Source of the DNA: PVC group bacterium
GTDB lineage: Bacteria; Verrucomicrobiota; Kiritimatiellia; SLAD01
Assembly (NCBI GenBank): GCA_003562335.1
Contig: PWVE01000162.1
Coordinates: forward strand, 1-46,578
DNA: 46,578 nucleotides
Direction of reading: 5' to 3'
A program made the position numbers and the translations under genes. Numbering within the stretch: position 1 is the stretch's first letter; each line of letters begins with the position of its first letter. Positions 26,381 to 36,495 of the stretch are shown piece by piece. Under the pieces are notes generated by a model. It saw only the letters and a list, made by a program, of their open reading frames with translations. It searched no databases and was not told the origin of the DNA.

Positions 26381-27868
26381 CTAACCTTGCCGCTCTAAAA
26401 TCTCCCGATAGCGCGGATAGGCCGCGTCCCAAGGGGCTTGGTCTTCGGGTTCGAACGTTTCCGAGGGGAACGATTGACGGATGCACTCACGTCCTGCGGC
26501 CAAGTCATTTAGTTCGCCGGTGGCCATCATTTGCAACAGGACATTACCGGCTGCTGTCGCTTCCGACGGTCCGGTCTTGACCGTGCGTCCGGTGGCCGAG
26601 GCAATCCAACGATTCAAAAATGTGTTGCGCGTGCCGCCCCCCACAATATGCAGGGTATGAATGGCCTCGCCCGTCAGCGTTTCCAGCATATCGAGCACCG
26701 CCCGGTATTTGAAGACCAGGCTTTCAAACGCGGCCCGAATAAAGGCGGCCCGATCCGCCGGTACCGGTTGCCCGGTTTGCTGCGCAAATTGCGCGATTCG
26801 CTCGCACATGTCGCCGGGCGGCATGAAGAGCGGATCATCGCCGTCGATGAACACGGTAAAGGGGTCCGCCGTCTGCGCCAAGTCGGCCATGTCGTCGTAC
26901 GATATTTTTTCCCCGGCGGCGGTCCACACACGGCGCATTTCCTGGGTGATCCAAAGGCCCGTAATATTTTTTAGCAAGCGCGTAGTCCCGCTGACACCAG
27001 CCTCGTTGGTGAAGTTGTAACGCAGACTCGCTTCCGTAATAACCGGTTGTGGTGATTCCGTGCCCAGCAGTGACCATGTGCCCGAACTCAGAAACGCCTC
27101 CCCGCTCCCGGTAAAGGGCACGGCCGCCACTGCGCTGGCCGTATCATGGCTGCCGACCGCAATCACGGGCATGGGATCAACGCCCAATTCATCCGCCAGC
27201 ACGGTGCGCAGCGCACCGATTTTAGTGCCGGGCATAACGATGTCAGCGAAAAGCTCGCACGGAATATTCAACGCTTTCAGCATCTCCGTGGCCCACGTGC
27301 CGGCGCGTGGGTCATAACATTGGCTGGTGCTGGCAATCGTTTGCTCGGCACGAGCCTCGCCGGTAAACCAGTAATTGAACAAGTCCGGCATCAACAGCAA
27401 GCGCTCGGCCGCCTGCAGGCGGGGATCGTTGGCTTCCACCTGGGCCAGCAACTGGTACAGCGTGTTGATTTGCATGAACTGGATGCCGGTGGCCTTGAAA
27501 ATGTCCGCTTGCGAAACTTTGGCAAAGGCTGCGTCCATCATGCCGTCCGTGCGCGCATCACGGTAATTATAGGGATTGCCCAGGAGGCGTCCGGCCCCGT
27601 CCAGCAAGCCATAATCCACCCCCCACGTATCCACTGCCAAGCCGTCCAACGGTGCCCCCGCTTTTTCGGCCGCCCGGGTTATGCCCGTTTTTAGATTGCC
27701 CCACAAACGCAGCACATCCCAGTACAGCCCGTCCGGGAGGGAAACAGGATCATTTGAGAAGCGGTGTGCCTCTTCCAACACCAACCGGCCGTCCCGTAGC
27801 GATCCCAGCATGGCCCGCCCACTGCCGGCCCCTAAATCCAATGCGACATAGTTACGACTCTTGCTCAT
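26381..27868 (-). CDS. rhaB: rhamnulokinase (FGGY carbohydrate kinase family)
   Basis: YVALDLGAGSGRAMLG at the N-terminus, with FGGY-type C-terminal motifs (HIVGGGTRNTFLN). AAGGA lies 5 nt upstream of the ATG at 27868. Confidence 0.85.
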   Translation of the reverse strand: MSKSRNYVALDLGAGSGRAMLGSLRDGRLVLEEAHRFSNDPVSLPDGLYWDVLRLWGNLKTGITRAAEKAGAPLDGLAVDTWGVDYGLLDGAGRLLGNPYNYRDARTDGMMDAAFAKVSQADIFKATGIQFMQINTLYQLLAQVEANDPRLQAAERLLLMPDLFNYWFTGEARAEQTIASTSQCYDPRAGTWATEMLKALNIPCELFADIVMPGTKIGALRTVLADELGVDPMPVIAVGSHDTASAVAAVPFTGSGEAFLSSGTWSLLGTESPQPVITEASLRYNFTNEAGVSGTTRLLKNITGLWITQEMRRVWTAAGEKISYDDMADLAQTADPFTVFIDGDDPLFMPPGDMCERIAQFAQQTGQPVPADRAAFIRAAFESLVFKYRAVLDMLETLTGEAIHTLHIVGGGTRNTFLNRWIASATGRTVKTGPSEATAAGNVLLQMMATGELNDLAAGRECIRQSFPSETFEPEDQAPWDAAYPRYREILERQG

Positions 27869-27878
27869 GATATCCTTT

Positions 27879-29177
27879 CTAACGTTGCGCCAGTACGTCC
27901 CGTTCATAGGCTTCCACGTCCGTTAGCCACGCCGCACCCGGAGGCACGCCACCCTGCAAACAAAGCTTATGCCAGACGGCTTCGAACGGCATGGTCTTCC
28001 ACTCTTCCATCAACGCCAGCTTTTGCGCATTGCGCCCAGCCCGCTCATCCGCTTGCAACCGTGCCACCGGGTCCAGTAACGCGTATAGAATGGCTTTACG
28101 GGTCGCCCGCGCACCTGTCACATAAGCCGCAATGCGGTTGATGCTGGCATCAAAGAAATCCATGGCGACCACGGCCCGGTCCAAAGCCCCGCCGCGGACC
28201 CATTCGAGGAATACGGCTTTCAGGTCGTCGTTGAAAATAACTACATGATCGCTATCCCAGCGCAGCGGGCGGCTGACATGCATCAGCAACCGTTCGTGGA
28301 ACTGCAGCAACGCGGATAATTTGTCATGGATGGTTTCGGTGGGATGATAGTGGCCCATGTCGAGACATAGCAGCAGTTTGCGGGTCAAGGCGAAGGCGCT
28401 ATAGAACTCGAAGGAACCCACCACATAATCCTCGCTGCCCAAGCCGAACAGTTTGCTTTCCACCGCATCCACGCAGCGGGTGCGATCCACCCCGTGCCGG
28501 TCATCCAGCATGCGGTCGTAGGACTCCACCAAACGGGCGCGCGGCCCCCAGCGATCGGCCGGCGAATCCTTGGCCCCGTCCGGAATCCAATGATTGAGCA
28601 CGCACGGGGACCCAAGCCGCTCGGCCATGGCGGCGGCAATGTGGCGACAGGCTATGCCGTGCTGCACCCAAAAGTCACGCACCGCCGCATCCGCGTGCGA
28701 CAATGTAAACCCGTCCGCCGCCAAGGGGTGGGCAAAGAAGGTGGTGTTAAAATCCAAGCCGATTTTCTCGTCCGCCGCCCAATCCAGCCAACGCGCAAAA
28801 TGATCCGCCGTCAAGGCGTCCCGCGTAACCGGCGTCGATCCGGTCTCGGCATAAAAGGCGTGGATGTTAGTGCGCAACACGCCGGGTGTGAGCTGCAGGA
28901 CTTTGGACAGATCCTGACGAATCTCGTCACCGTTGCGCGCGCAACCGGGGTATCCGCCCGTGGCCATAATACCGCCGCCATCCACCTGGCCCTCGTGGGT
29001 TTCCAGGCCGTGCACGTCGTCGGCCTGCCAGCAGTGCAACGAAACCGGCACTTGCAGGGCGGCTTTGATGGCCTGATCGGTGTCTATTTCGTATTGGCCG
29101 TACCAGTCCTTAGCCCAAGTGTATTGCTGTTCGAGTGATTGGTCGTCGGGAACAGGGTAAGCGTTTTTAGTGGTCAT
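27879..29177 (-). CDS. rhaA: L-rhamnose isomerase
   Basis: 432 aa. …VPVSLHCWQADDVHGLE… matches the E. coli RhaA N-terminal signature as I remember it (PVSMHCWQGDDVSGFE). Confidence 0.88.
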   Translation of the reverse strand: MTTKNAYPVPDDQSLEQQYTWAKDWYGQYEIDTDQAIKAALQVPVSLHCWQADDVHGLETHEGQVDGGGIMATGGYPGCARNGDEIRQDLSKVLQLTPGVLRTNIHAFYAETGSTPVTRDALTADHFARWLDWAADEKIGLDFNTTFFAHPLAADGFTLSHADAAVRDFWVQHGIACRHIAAAMAERLGSPCVLNHWIPDGAKDSPADRWGPRARLVESYDRMLDDRHGVDRTRCVDAVESKLFGLGSEDYVVGSFEFYSAFALTRKLLLCLDMGHYHPTETIHDKLSALLQFHERLLMHVSRPLRWDSDHVVIFNDDLKAVFLEWVRGGALDRAVVAMDFFDASINRIAAYVTGARATRKAILYALLDPVARLQADERAGRNAQKLALMEEWKTMPFEAVWHKLCLQGGVPPGAAWLTDVEAYERDVLAQR

Positions 29178-29199
29178 ATTGGAACTCCTTTGGGGTTAT

Positions 29200-31782
29200 T
29201 CAGCGAAAAGGCATGGGCGCGTGTATATTGGCGGGCGGCACCTGCTCCTGAACGGGAGGTGCTGTCGGAACCGGTTCGTCCGCATCCTCATCGGTAGCGG
29301 GGGGCTCTTCGTGTCTGTCCAAAATCTGCTCTTCCTGTTCGTCCCATTGGATTATGCCGGCCGGTTCTTGATGGCGTAAGGCACCGGTTCCGCGCAACGA
29401 GCGTAAGACGTCCTCTACTTCCTCCCGTTCATAGTGCCCCTCTTCCAAGGGAATCGTGATATCCGGCGGAGCCGGTTCCTCAGCCGGTGCTTCCGGTTCC
29501 GGTTCAGGTGGGGGTCGCGGAACAGGCTCAAGTGGTCGCGAAAATTCACTGTCGGACCAACCGGTATGCCACTCCGTTTGGCTGGAATGCGATTGGAGGT
29601 GTAGCCGGGCGCTCTCGGCCCGCGCCTCTTCCGGCGTCATCATGACATAAGGCGTGATCAACACCAGCAACTCAGTACGTGTGTCCTCGGTAAAGTCTGT
29701 GCGGAACAGCCGGCCCAGCAGCGGAATATCGCCCAAAATCGGGATTTTCGTGGTGCTGATGGTCCGGTCCGTACTGACCAGTCCGCCCAGCACGATCGTG
29801 GCTCGGTTGCGTACCGCGATCTGCGCTTGCATTTCGCGCTTGGTGATGATGGGCACACGATTGCCATCAATCTCTTCGAATCCGCCGACATTGTCCGCGC
29901 TTTGTTGGATATCCATCACCACAAAGCGCTGCGGGTTGATACGCGGGGTAACCGTCAGATCAATGCCGATGTCGCGAAACTGATATTGCGAGGTGGTCCG
30001 GTCGCCTACCGTGGACGCACTGGTGGACGTCACCACCGGCCGCGATTCCCCGACGATAATCGAGGCCTCGGTATTGTCGGTGGTCAGGATGACCGGCGTC
30101 GACAAAATACGCGCGTCGCGCGAGGTGGCGGCCAATCGAATGATGGCGTCCAGGTTCAATTCAAAGAAGGTTAGGTAGTACGAGAGTCCGCCGGCAGGCA
30201 CAGACGGACCATCACGTAACTGGTCCGCCACCTGGCTCAGATTGTTGATAGATCCTCCGGGCGTAAACCCGCCGCCAAATGCCGCGACCGGTTCGCGGAC
30301 GGTCAGACTGCCGCCGGGGCCTACCGCTTCCTCGTTGTACGCGGTCAAGGTCCGCTGCAACCAGCCGATGCCGCTTTCCACCGTGTCGCCAAGCGTGATT
30401 TCGACGATCACCGCTTCAATTAAGACTTGGCCCAGCATGACATCCAATTGCTCTATGATGCCGTCCAACACGGCAATATCGCTGCGCCGCCCCATCAGCA
30501 GCAGTGAATTGGTGCGGGTATCGGATAAAATACGGGTTTGCGCCGATAAACGGCCCACTTGAGATTCGCCATTGACCTGTTCGGTGGTCCGGCGTTCGCG
30601 CGCCATGCCGGCCGCAAAATCGCGCAGCGCTTCGGCCCGTGCCTCGGCGGTTTGTTCCCCCCTCTGCGGCGCGCGTTGCGGTTCATCCCCCGCCGCAGCG
30701 CCAATAAAATCATTCAGGATGCCGGCCACGTCCTCGGCCACGGCGTATTCCAGATTAACCACCCGCACAATGATTTCCGGATCAACCGGTTGGTCAAGAA
30801 TATCAATAATTCGGTCGAAAAAGGTGAAGTTAGCCGGCCGCGAAATAATGAAGAGGGTGTTGATTCGTTCGTCGGCCACGATTTTTACGCGACCCTGAAT
30901 GACCCCGCGTTCCGCCAGTTCCGCCGCCGCCTCCACCGGTGTGGCAGCGGTCGGCCGCCGTTGATCCCCTTCACGCGGTGGCCGGATCACGCCCGGTGGT
31001 GCCCGCCGCTCGCCTTCCGGAGCAGCGGGGGTCACGCGCTGACGGGTTGTCCGCTCCTCCTGGTCCTGCAAAAACTCGCTCAAGCGCGAAGCCACCTGCC
31101 CGGCTTCAGCATAATTGATCCGGCGCACAAAAATATCCTCGCGCAGCTCCACCGGCCGGTCCACAAAGTCCAACACCTCTTGAATGCGGTTCAGGTTACT
31201 GGCTGTATCGGTAATCAACAGGCTGTTCGTTCGTTCCAACACCTGAATCTTGCCGTAGCCATGAATCATTTCCTGGATGATGGGCTGGACCTCTCCAATC
31301 TCAACATGGTTGAGATTGATAATCATACTGAGTAGCTGATCGGTCTCCTCAAAGGGTTTCTCCGGCGTTTCGCGCAGAATCGGCATCCCTTCCTGGCGGA
31401 CGGCGCCGGGTTGCACTACGCGCAGAAAGCGTTCCCCCATGGGTACCAACGCCACGTTATGCATCGCCAGCACGCTCTCAATGGCAATCAGGGCTTCCCG
31501 TTCGGACATGCGGGTTTGGCCGCGTAGCGTAATGGTGGCCTCCACGCCCGGCGCCCGGATCATTGTGCGGCCGGTTAAACTCGCATAAAATTCGAGGACC
31601 ATATCCAAGGGCGAGTCGCGAAAGCTGACGCTGATCTGGCGTTCCGGTTCCCCTTCCACCTCGGATAATGGTGGCACCACCTGTGCGGGCAATGTGATGG
31701 ACAGAGCCCACCACACCCCGCAGCCGCCCATAAAGACGCTACGCCACGAAAATCGTTTGATGGTCTTGGTCATACTCTGCAT
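29200..31782 (-). CDS. gspD: type II secretion system secretin with a long acidic, proline-rich C-terminal tail
   Basis: Signal-like N-terminus and repeated N-domains. Secretin core …GGLVSTDRTISTTKIPILGDIPLLGRLFRTDFTEDTRTELLVLITPYVM. Confidence 0.9.
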   Translation of the reverse strand: MQSMTKTIKRFSWRSVFMGGCGVWWALSITLPAQVVPPLSEVEGEPERQISVSFRDSPLDMVLEFYASLTGRTMIRAPGVEATITLRGQTRMSEREALIAIESVLAMHNVALVPMGERFLRVVQPGAVRQEGMPILRETPEKPFEETDQLLSMIINLNHVEIGEVQPIIQEMIHGYGKIQVLERTNSLLITDTASNLNRIQEVLDFVDRPVELREDIFVRRINYAEAGQVASRLSEFLQDQEERTTRQRVTPAAPEGERRAPPGVIRPPREGDQRRPTAATPVEAAAELAERGVIQGRVKIVADERINTLFIISRPANFTFFDRIIDILDQPVDPEIIVRVVNLEYAVAEDVAGILNDFIGAAAGDEPQRAPQRGEQTAEARAEALRDFAAGMARERRTTEQVNGESQVGRLSAQTRILSDTRTNSLLLMGRRSDIAVLDGIIEQLDVMLGQVLIEAVIVEITLGDTVESGIGWLQRTLTAYNEEAVGPGGSLTVREPVAAFGGGFTPGGSINNLSQVADQLRDGPSVPAGGLSYYLTFFELNLDAIIRLAATSRDARILSTPVILTTDNTEASIIVGESRPVVTSTSASTVGDRTTSQYQFRDIGIDLTVTPRINPQRFVVMDIQQSADNVGGFEEIDGNRVPIITKREMQAQIAVRNRATIVLGGLVSTDRTISTTKIPILGDIPLLGRLFRTDFTEDTRTELLVLITPYVMMTPEEARAESARLHLQSHSSQTEWHTGWSDSEFSRPLEPVPRPPPEPEPEAPAEEPAPPDITIPLEEGHYEREEVEDVLRSLRGTGALRHQEPAGIIQWDEQEEQILDRHEEPPATDEDADEPVPTAPPVQEQVPPANIHAPMPFR

Positions 31783-31789
31783 AAATTAG

Positions 31790-32323
31790 TCAACGCTCCC
31801 CTTCACGGCTGTAGGCGAAATCCACCGTCACCGTTCCGCGTAGATTTTCGGGCGTCCCCTGCACGGGCGCTACCGTCAAGTTTCGTACGTCTACCGTAGC
31901 ACCTTGTGCCTGTAAAGCATAGAGGAAATGGACCAGGGCGGACAACGTCCCCTCCCATGTGCAGGTGATGGCCAATTCGTACAGGTCACCGATTTCCCGT
32001 TCGGGTTCGGGTTCCCGGCGCAGCAGCAGAAAATCGTGTTCGTCCGCCACCTGTTGCAGGCGGCGCAGGAGCTGCGCGGTGACGTCCGTACCCCTTGGAT
32101 AGCTAGGCAGGGTTTCGCGCAATTGCGTGAGCCGTTGGTCGAGATCACCACCCCGTGCCAGCAACTGTTCCGCCGCTTCGCGCCGGCGTTGCAGTAAAAT
32201 GCGTTCCTGTCGGCTTTCCCGCCAGATGTCGTGCCGTGCCTCACCCAGCACATAGCCCAGACCGCCGAGCACCGCTACCAAGGTGATGATACCGAGCCGT
32301 TGTTCGCGCGCCGATAACTTCAT
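31790..32323 (-). CDS. gspM: GspM/PilO-like T2SS assembly-platform protein
   Basis: 177 aa with a single N-terminal transmembrane segment (LGIITLVAVLGGLGYVLG). Its position is between the gspL-like gene and gspD, and it overlaps the upstream gene by 4 nt. Confidence 0.6.
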   Translation of the reverse strand: MKLSAREQRLGIITLVAVLGGLGYVLGEARHDIWRESRQERILLQRRREAAEQLLARGGDLDQRLTQLRETLPSYPRGTDVTAQLLRRLQQVADEHDFLLLRREPEPEREIGDLYELAITCTWEGTLSALVHFLYALQAQGATVDVRNLTVAPVQGTPENLRGTVTVDFAYSREGER

Positions 32324-33708
32324 GACTCATCTCCCGGCAAATACGCGGTTAAACGGAAATCAGGACGGCGGCGGCCGCCGGGCGCTTGTGTCACCCCTTC
32401 GGGATTGACTTCGACAAACAACGCGGAGGCTTCCAGGGCCTCGAAAAAGTCATAGATCGGGGGCACCCGGGAGGCTTCGCCGCGAATATTGACCCGCCCG
32501 GCCTTGCGGTAGGTGAAGGACGTCAGTTCCACGCCATCCGGCAACAAGCTCGATACCTCCCGCAATACTTCCAAGGCTGAGTAGGTGCGGTCGGCGTATT
32601 GTTCCAGAGAGGCGATCCGGCGGCGCAAGACATGGGCTTCTTCCGCTGGCCCTTCCAAGGCCGCCACCTGCTCGCGCATACGCTCGACCCGTGCCTGTTC
32701 GAACGCCGAAATACCAAACAATCCGCCGAGCACCAGCAGCCAACCCAGTAAAAGGCCACCCCCCCACAACCATATACGGCGTTGTCCGGCGCGCAGGGAG
32801 GCCGCCGCACGCCAATCGTCCAAAGCCAAATCCAGGGTGACGTGCTGCGTGTCCTGCATGCGTTCGGTGGCAATGGCACTGAGCGACTTCTCCTGCGCCA
32901 TCGACTTGACCTGCACCGGCAGTGCGCATTCCTGTTCCAGGCGCGTGACCAACGCGTCGGCGGGCGGCTCCACACTCCACAACGTTAAGGCCACTGTCGC
33001 TACGGCCCCCCATTCCGACTCCAGCGAGGTCAAGGTGTAGCTGACTTCCTCGGCAATCTCCGCAATCGCCTCCGGGTCATCCGGCGCGGGAACCGATCCC
33101 AACGGCCGCATGATGACCGGCAGGCCATCCTGCACGACCAGTAAATCAATGCCCGCTGCTTCCTGCACCAATATAGCCTGTCGGCCTTTGTCAGGCACAT
33201 TGTTGGCCGCCCGTAGGGCGTGCCAGCGGCAAGCCAGCGCCACGTCCACGCGATCCGGTTGGCGGCCTAACACACTAAAGCGGTCGGCCCATTCCGTCAC
33301 TGTTTCCCGGCGGCAAGCAGCAATCAGGACGCGGCTGGTGCCTTCGCCTTCCCACAGGCTCTCATGTGCAATCGCCATCTGCTCGACCGGAAAAGGCGCA
33401 AATTTATCCACTTGCAGCTCGGCCATCCCGGCCAATTCCTCCGGATCGGTAGACGGCAAATCCACCACCCGTAGCAGCACCCGGTCTGAAGGCAGCACCA
33501 GGGTCCACGCCCCTTTTAGTCCGCCCAACGCCTGCCCAATACCTTCTTTGCGAACGGTCGCGTAGGCTTCGTCTGATTCCGCCGGTAATTCAAGCGTTGC
33601 TTGCTCGGCCGCGACCTGCTCCGAAACCCCGCGTCGTTGCTGTACCGTGGTCCATTCCAACTGCGCGCCGTGCTGCCACACCGCCGATATATATTCCTGA
33701 TTCTTCAT
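32320..33708 (-). CDS. gspL: GspL-like protein (PilM-like cytoplasmic domain, transmembrane segment, PilN-like periplasmic domain)
   Basis: 462 aa with a central transmembrane segment IWLWGGGLLLGWLLVLGGLFGISAF. The C-terminus …VELTSFTYRKAGRVNIRGEA… is PilN/GspL-like. Operon position also fits. Confidence 0.6.
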   Translation of the reverse strand: MKNQEYISAVWQHGAQLEWTTVQQRRGVSEQVAAEQATLELPAESDEAYATVRKEGIGQALGGLKGAWTLVLPSDRVLLRVVDLPSTDPEELAGMAELQVDKFAPFPVEQMAIAHESLWEGEGTSRVLIAACRRETVTEWADRFSVLGRQPDRVDVALACRWHALRAANNVPDKGRQAILVQEAAGIDLLVVQDGLPVIMRPLGSVPAPDDPEAIAEIAEEVSYTLTSLESEWGAVATVALTLWSVEPPADALVTRLEQECALPVQVKSMAQEKSLSAIATERMQDTQHVTLDLALDDWRAAASLRAGQRRIWLWGGGLLLGWLLVLGGLFGISAFEQARVERMREQVAALEGPAEEAHVLRRRIASLEQYADRTYSALEVLREVSSLLPDGVELTSFTYRKAGRVNIRGEASRVPPIYDFFEALEASALFVEVNPEGVTQAPGGRRRPDFRLTAYLPGDES

Positions 33709-33712
33709 TTCG

Positions 33713-34852
33713 TTACAGCGGTTCTTCCCGCCAATAGACCGGAACCAATTCAGTCCCTTCCGCCCGCATCACACTCCACACCGCCTGCCGTACGCCACCA
33801 ACTTCGCCAACGGCGGTAACCCGTAAATAATGCACGTCGCCTACAGTGATCCGGTCACGCAATTCCGGATTCATGCCGGTTGCCGCAATCGCCTCTTCCA
33901 CACTCTCAAAACCATCATCCCTGGTGCCCGCCTCACCGTCCAACCCCACGCGCTGTTCCAGAATGGCGTCGACCGCCCACTCCTCAATGCCCGGCAATGT
34001 CAGCAAGACTTCACGCGACGCCGTATTGATGTTGACCCTACCATGGCTCCATGCCGTAAGCCAATAGGCAATACCCCGTATGGCCTCTTCCGGCGGGGTG
34101 CCCGGCGGACTGCCGTATACGACTTCCTCATCGAATCCTTTGATCAACAACAACTCGTCCACCGTATCCAGTTCGGCATTCTTTACGCGATACCCGCGAT
34201 CCACGTAAAACGGATCGTCGGATTCAGCCCCGTGCAAGCGGCGTAAATCGTCCCCGTCGGTCCAATCGAGAAAACAATCAATCAATTCCGGCCAGCGCTC
34301 CTGCGGGATGTTGGCCTGATCCAGAATTTCCTCCCAGTCCTCGTCCGTCAGGCCGTTGACGTTGCGGCGTCCCTCTTCCGGCTCGATATCCAGTGTCAGC
34401 GTGCCTTCCCCGATTTCCCGTGTCAGGCCGCGGATGGCCACGCCGCGTGACAGGCGGTAGGCCGCCGTCAACAGCGCTTCCTCCTCTTCGTCCAAACCCA
34501 CGTCGTCCTCCGACACATCCTGCAGGCGCAACAGGATTACCTTGGCCAACTCCATTCCTGATTGAGCGATGTGACCGGCTTTGACCCGGCGGCGATAGTA
34601 GGACGTGATATCGGCTTCCACATGCATATCGAACGCGAAGTTGGCAATCAACATGGATAACAACAGAATCACCCACAACGCCACCACCAGGGCTGAACCG
34701 CTAACCGAGCGAGCTGCTGCACCTGTCTGGCCTTTGATCCGGGCACTCACCACACGCCGTCCTGTTCGTGCACGCGGCTCGCGAGGACGCTCGCCCTCCC
34801 CGTTGTGCGACGGCTCCGTTAGGCCGGGTGCGCTCACCGGTTGCCGCTTCAT
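33713..34852 (-). CDS. gspK: T2SS minor pseudopilin GspK
   Basis: GSALVVALWVILLLSMLIANFAFDM… followed by a GspK-type helix-hairpin-helix region. ATGA overlaps the gspJ stop at 34849-34852. Confidence 0.75.
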   Translation of the reverse strand: MKRQPVSAPGLTEPSHNGEGERPREPRARTGRRVVSARIKGQTGAAARSVSGSALVVALWVILLLSMLIANFAFDMHVEADITSYYRRRVKAGHIAQSGMELAKVILLRLQDVSEDDVGLDEEEEALLTAAYRLSRGVAIRGLTREIGEGTLTLDIEPEEGRRNVNGLTDEDWEEILDQANIPQERWPELIDCFLDWTDGDDLRRLHGAESDDPFYVDRGYRVKNAELDTVDELLLIKGFDEEVVYGSPPGTPPEEAIRGIAYWLTAWSHGRVNINTASREVLLTLPGIEEWAVDAILEQRVGLDGEAGTRDDGFESVEEAIAATGMNPELRDRITVGDVHYLRVTAVGEVGGVRQAVWSVMRAEGTELVPVYWREEPL

Positions 34853-35547
34853 ATTTCACCCTCGACATAATCCACCCGACTGGTCACGGCCGGCGCGATC
34901 GGGATTTCGATGGCCCGCTGCAAACGGGTTGGCGGTGCATGTGGCTCATCATTTTCGATGTACAGCGTAATTTCCACCAGCGAGGGCACCGCATTGGTTT
35001 CGTCCCAGTTGTCCTGCCATTGGCCCTGCTCATCGTCAAACACCCGGCAGCGCAATCCCTTGACCCGGGTGGATACGAACCACGGGTCAGGGTCTTCCAT
35101 GTCGTCTTCCGACAAATGCGGCAAGGCGCGAATCGCCACGCCGTAATCGGCGCGCGTCGCGCGGTCAATCGTCACCACAATCCGATGTAACCCTTCCGCA
35201 TAGGGCGAGTCCAGCGGCATAAACGCGGAACTGGACGTAACCCAACTGATCAAATCGGCCGGATGCCCGCCCGCATGACGTTTGTCCAAGCGGAATTCAT
35301 AGAATTCAGGTACTGAATCAAAGAAGGCCGCCGACCGCAGGGACTGGACCAACTGATCCATTACAAAGTCGCCATGGTGCATGCCGGCCAACGCGTCGGA
35401 CCCGCGGCGCCACGCATTGAGGGTGGTGACAAAAATAGTGAAGATGATGGCAAACGCCGCCACCAAAATACCCAGTGCCACCAGCAATTCCACGAATGTG
35501 AAACCGTGACGCTTGCCGGTTGGTATGCCCGAATGCCCCATGCTCAC
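34849..35547 (-). CDS. gspJ: T2SS minor pseudopilin (GspJ-like)
   Basis: Prepilin-type N-terminal methylation motif GFTFVELLVALGILV. GTGA overlaps the upstream stop. Confidence 0.7.
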   Translation of the reverse strand: MSMGHSGIPTGKRHGFTFVELLVALGILVAAFAIIFTIFVTTLNAWRRGSDALAGMHHGDFVMDQLVQSLRSAAFFDSVPEFYEFRLDKRHAGGHPADLISWVTSSSAFMPLDSPYAEGLHRIVVTIDRATRADYGVAIRALPHLSEDDMEDPDPWFVSTRVKGLRCRVFDDEQGQWQDNWDETNAVPSLVEITLYIENDEPHAPPTRLQRAIEIPIAPAVTSRVDYVEGEI

Positions 35548-35939
35548 CCTTCCGCCTCGGGGGCATGCCGGTAATAGACCACCTCTTCAAAGCCGCTCCG
35601 ACCGCGCTCGGTCCACAGGATGCGGGTACGTATTTCGAATAGGCGATCCTCCTCGTCGCCCACGACTTCGATCGTGCGCTCCCAACTGAAACCGCTGTAG
35701 TCTGAACCGCTGAATTGCCCGCGTTCTGTACCCGGAAGGATGTCCTCGTCGAACAATGGATGCTCCAAATCCACCCGGGCCAGCAAGGTATGCGCTTGGT
35801 TGTACAGGCGTGTGGTGCGAATGACCGCCAGGCACTGGGAAGTGGCCGACACCAAGGCGATCCCGGCAATGCCCAGGATGGCCATGGTCAACATGACCTC
35901 GATCAAGGTCGAACCCTTCTTTGCAACGCGATTACTCAT
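35544..35939 (-). CDS. gspI: T2SS minor pseudopilin (GspI-like)
   Basis: MSNRVAKKGSTLIEVMLTMAILGIAGI… counted from the internal ATG at 35939, about 131 aa. The longer track ORF extension has no support. Confidence 0.7.
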   Translation of the reverse strand: MSNRVAKKGSTLIEVMLTMAILGIAGIALVSATSQCLAVIRTTRLYNQAHTLLARVDLEHPLFDEDILPGTERGQFSGSDYSGFSWERTIEVVGDEEDRLFEIRTRILWTERGRSGFEEVVYYRHAPEAEG

Positions 35940-36495
35940 AGGTGGTTCTGGTGGTTCCGGCCAGATGATCAACTTCCACCCGCACCGTGCGCCGCCGTTG
36001 CACGTCACTGAGCCGCAGCGCAAACGAGTCGCTCACACCGCTCGGGAAGTAATTGACCCAATAAATACCGTCGCTTTCCTGCGAGGCGCTGGGTGCGTCA
36101 AAGTGAATAATGCGCACATTGTCGGGCAGGTGCTGGGTGCGGCGTACATCGGGCGCGAAATCCGAGGCACCCAACTCAAATCCGCGCCGCGCATCCAAAA
36201 ACGCGTCCAGCTGTCGACCTCCACCGCGTTCCAACGCCACGATTTCAACGGTGTTGTCGTGCGAATTGAAAAAGATCGTCATTTGGGTCTGCTGCAAAAC
36301 CGCCATATTACGCGCGTACTTGGCCGCCGTGACCACTGTGCGGGAGGCTGCGCGCAAGTTAGCGGCCTGATACGAGCGACTGAACAGCGGGACGGCCAAA
36401 GCTGCGATAATCAGACTGATGGCCACCACCAGAATGATTTCCAGCAGCGTAAACCCGCCTGGTTCCCGCCTGCGCGCGTTCACGGCAGCGCTCAA
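35932..36495 (-). CDS. gspH: T2SS minor pseudopilin (GspH-like)
   Basis: GGFTLLEIILVVAISLIIAALAVP prepilin motif, 187 aa. It overlaps gspG by 4 nt. Confidence 0.7.
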   Translation of the reverse strand: MSAAVNARRREPGGFTLLEIILVVAISLIIAALAVPLFSRSYQAANLRAASRTVVTAAKYARNMAVLQQTQMTIFFNSHDNTVEIVALERGGGRQLDAFLDARRGFELGASDFAPDVRRTQHLPDNVRIIHFDAPSASQESDGIYWVNYFPSGVSDSFALRLSDVQRRRTVRVEVDHLAGTTRTTYE

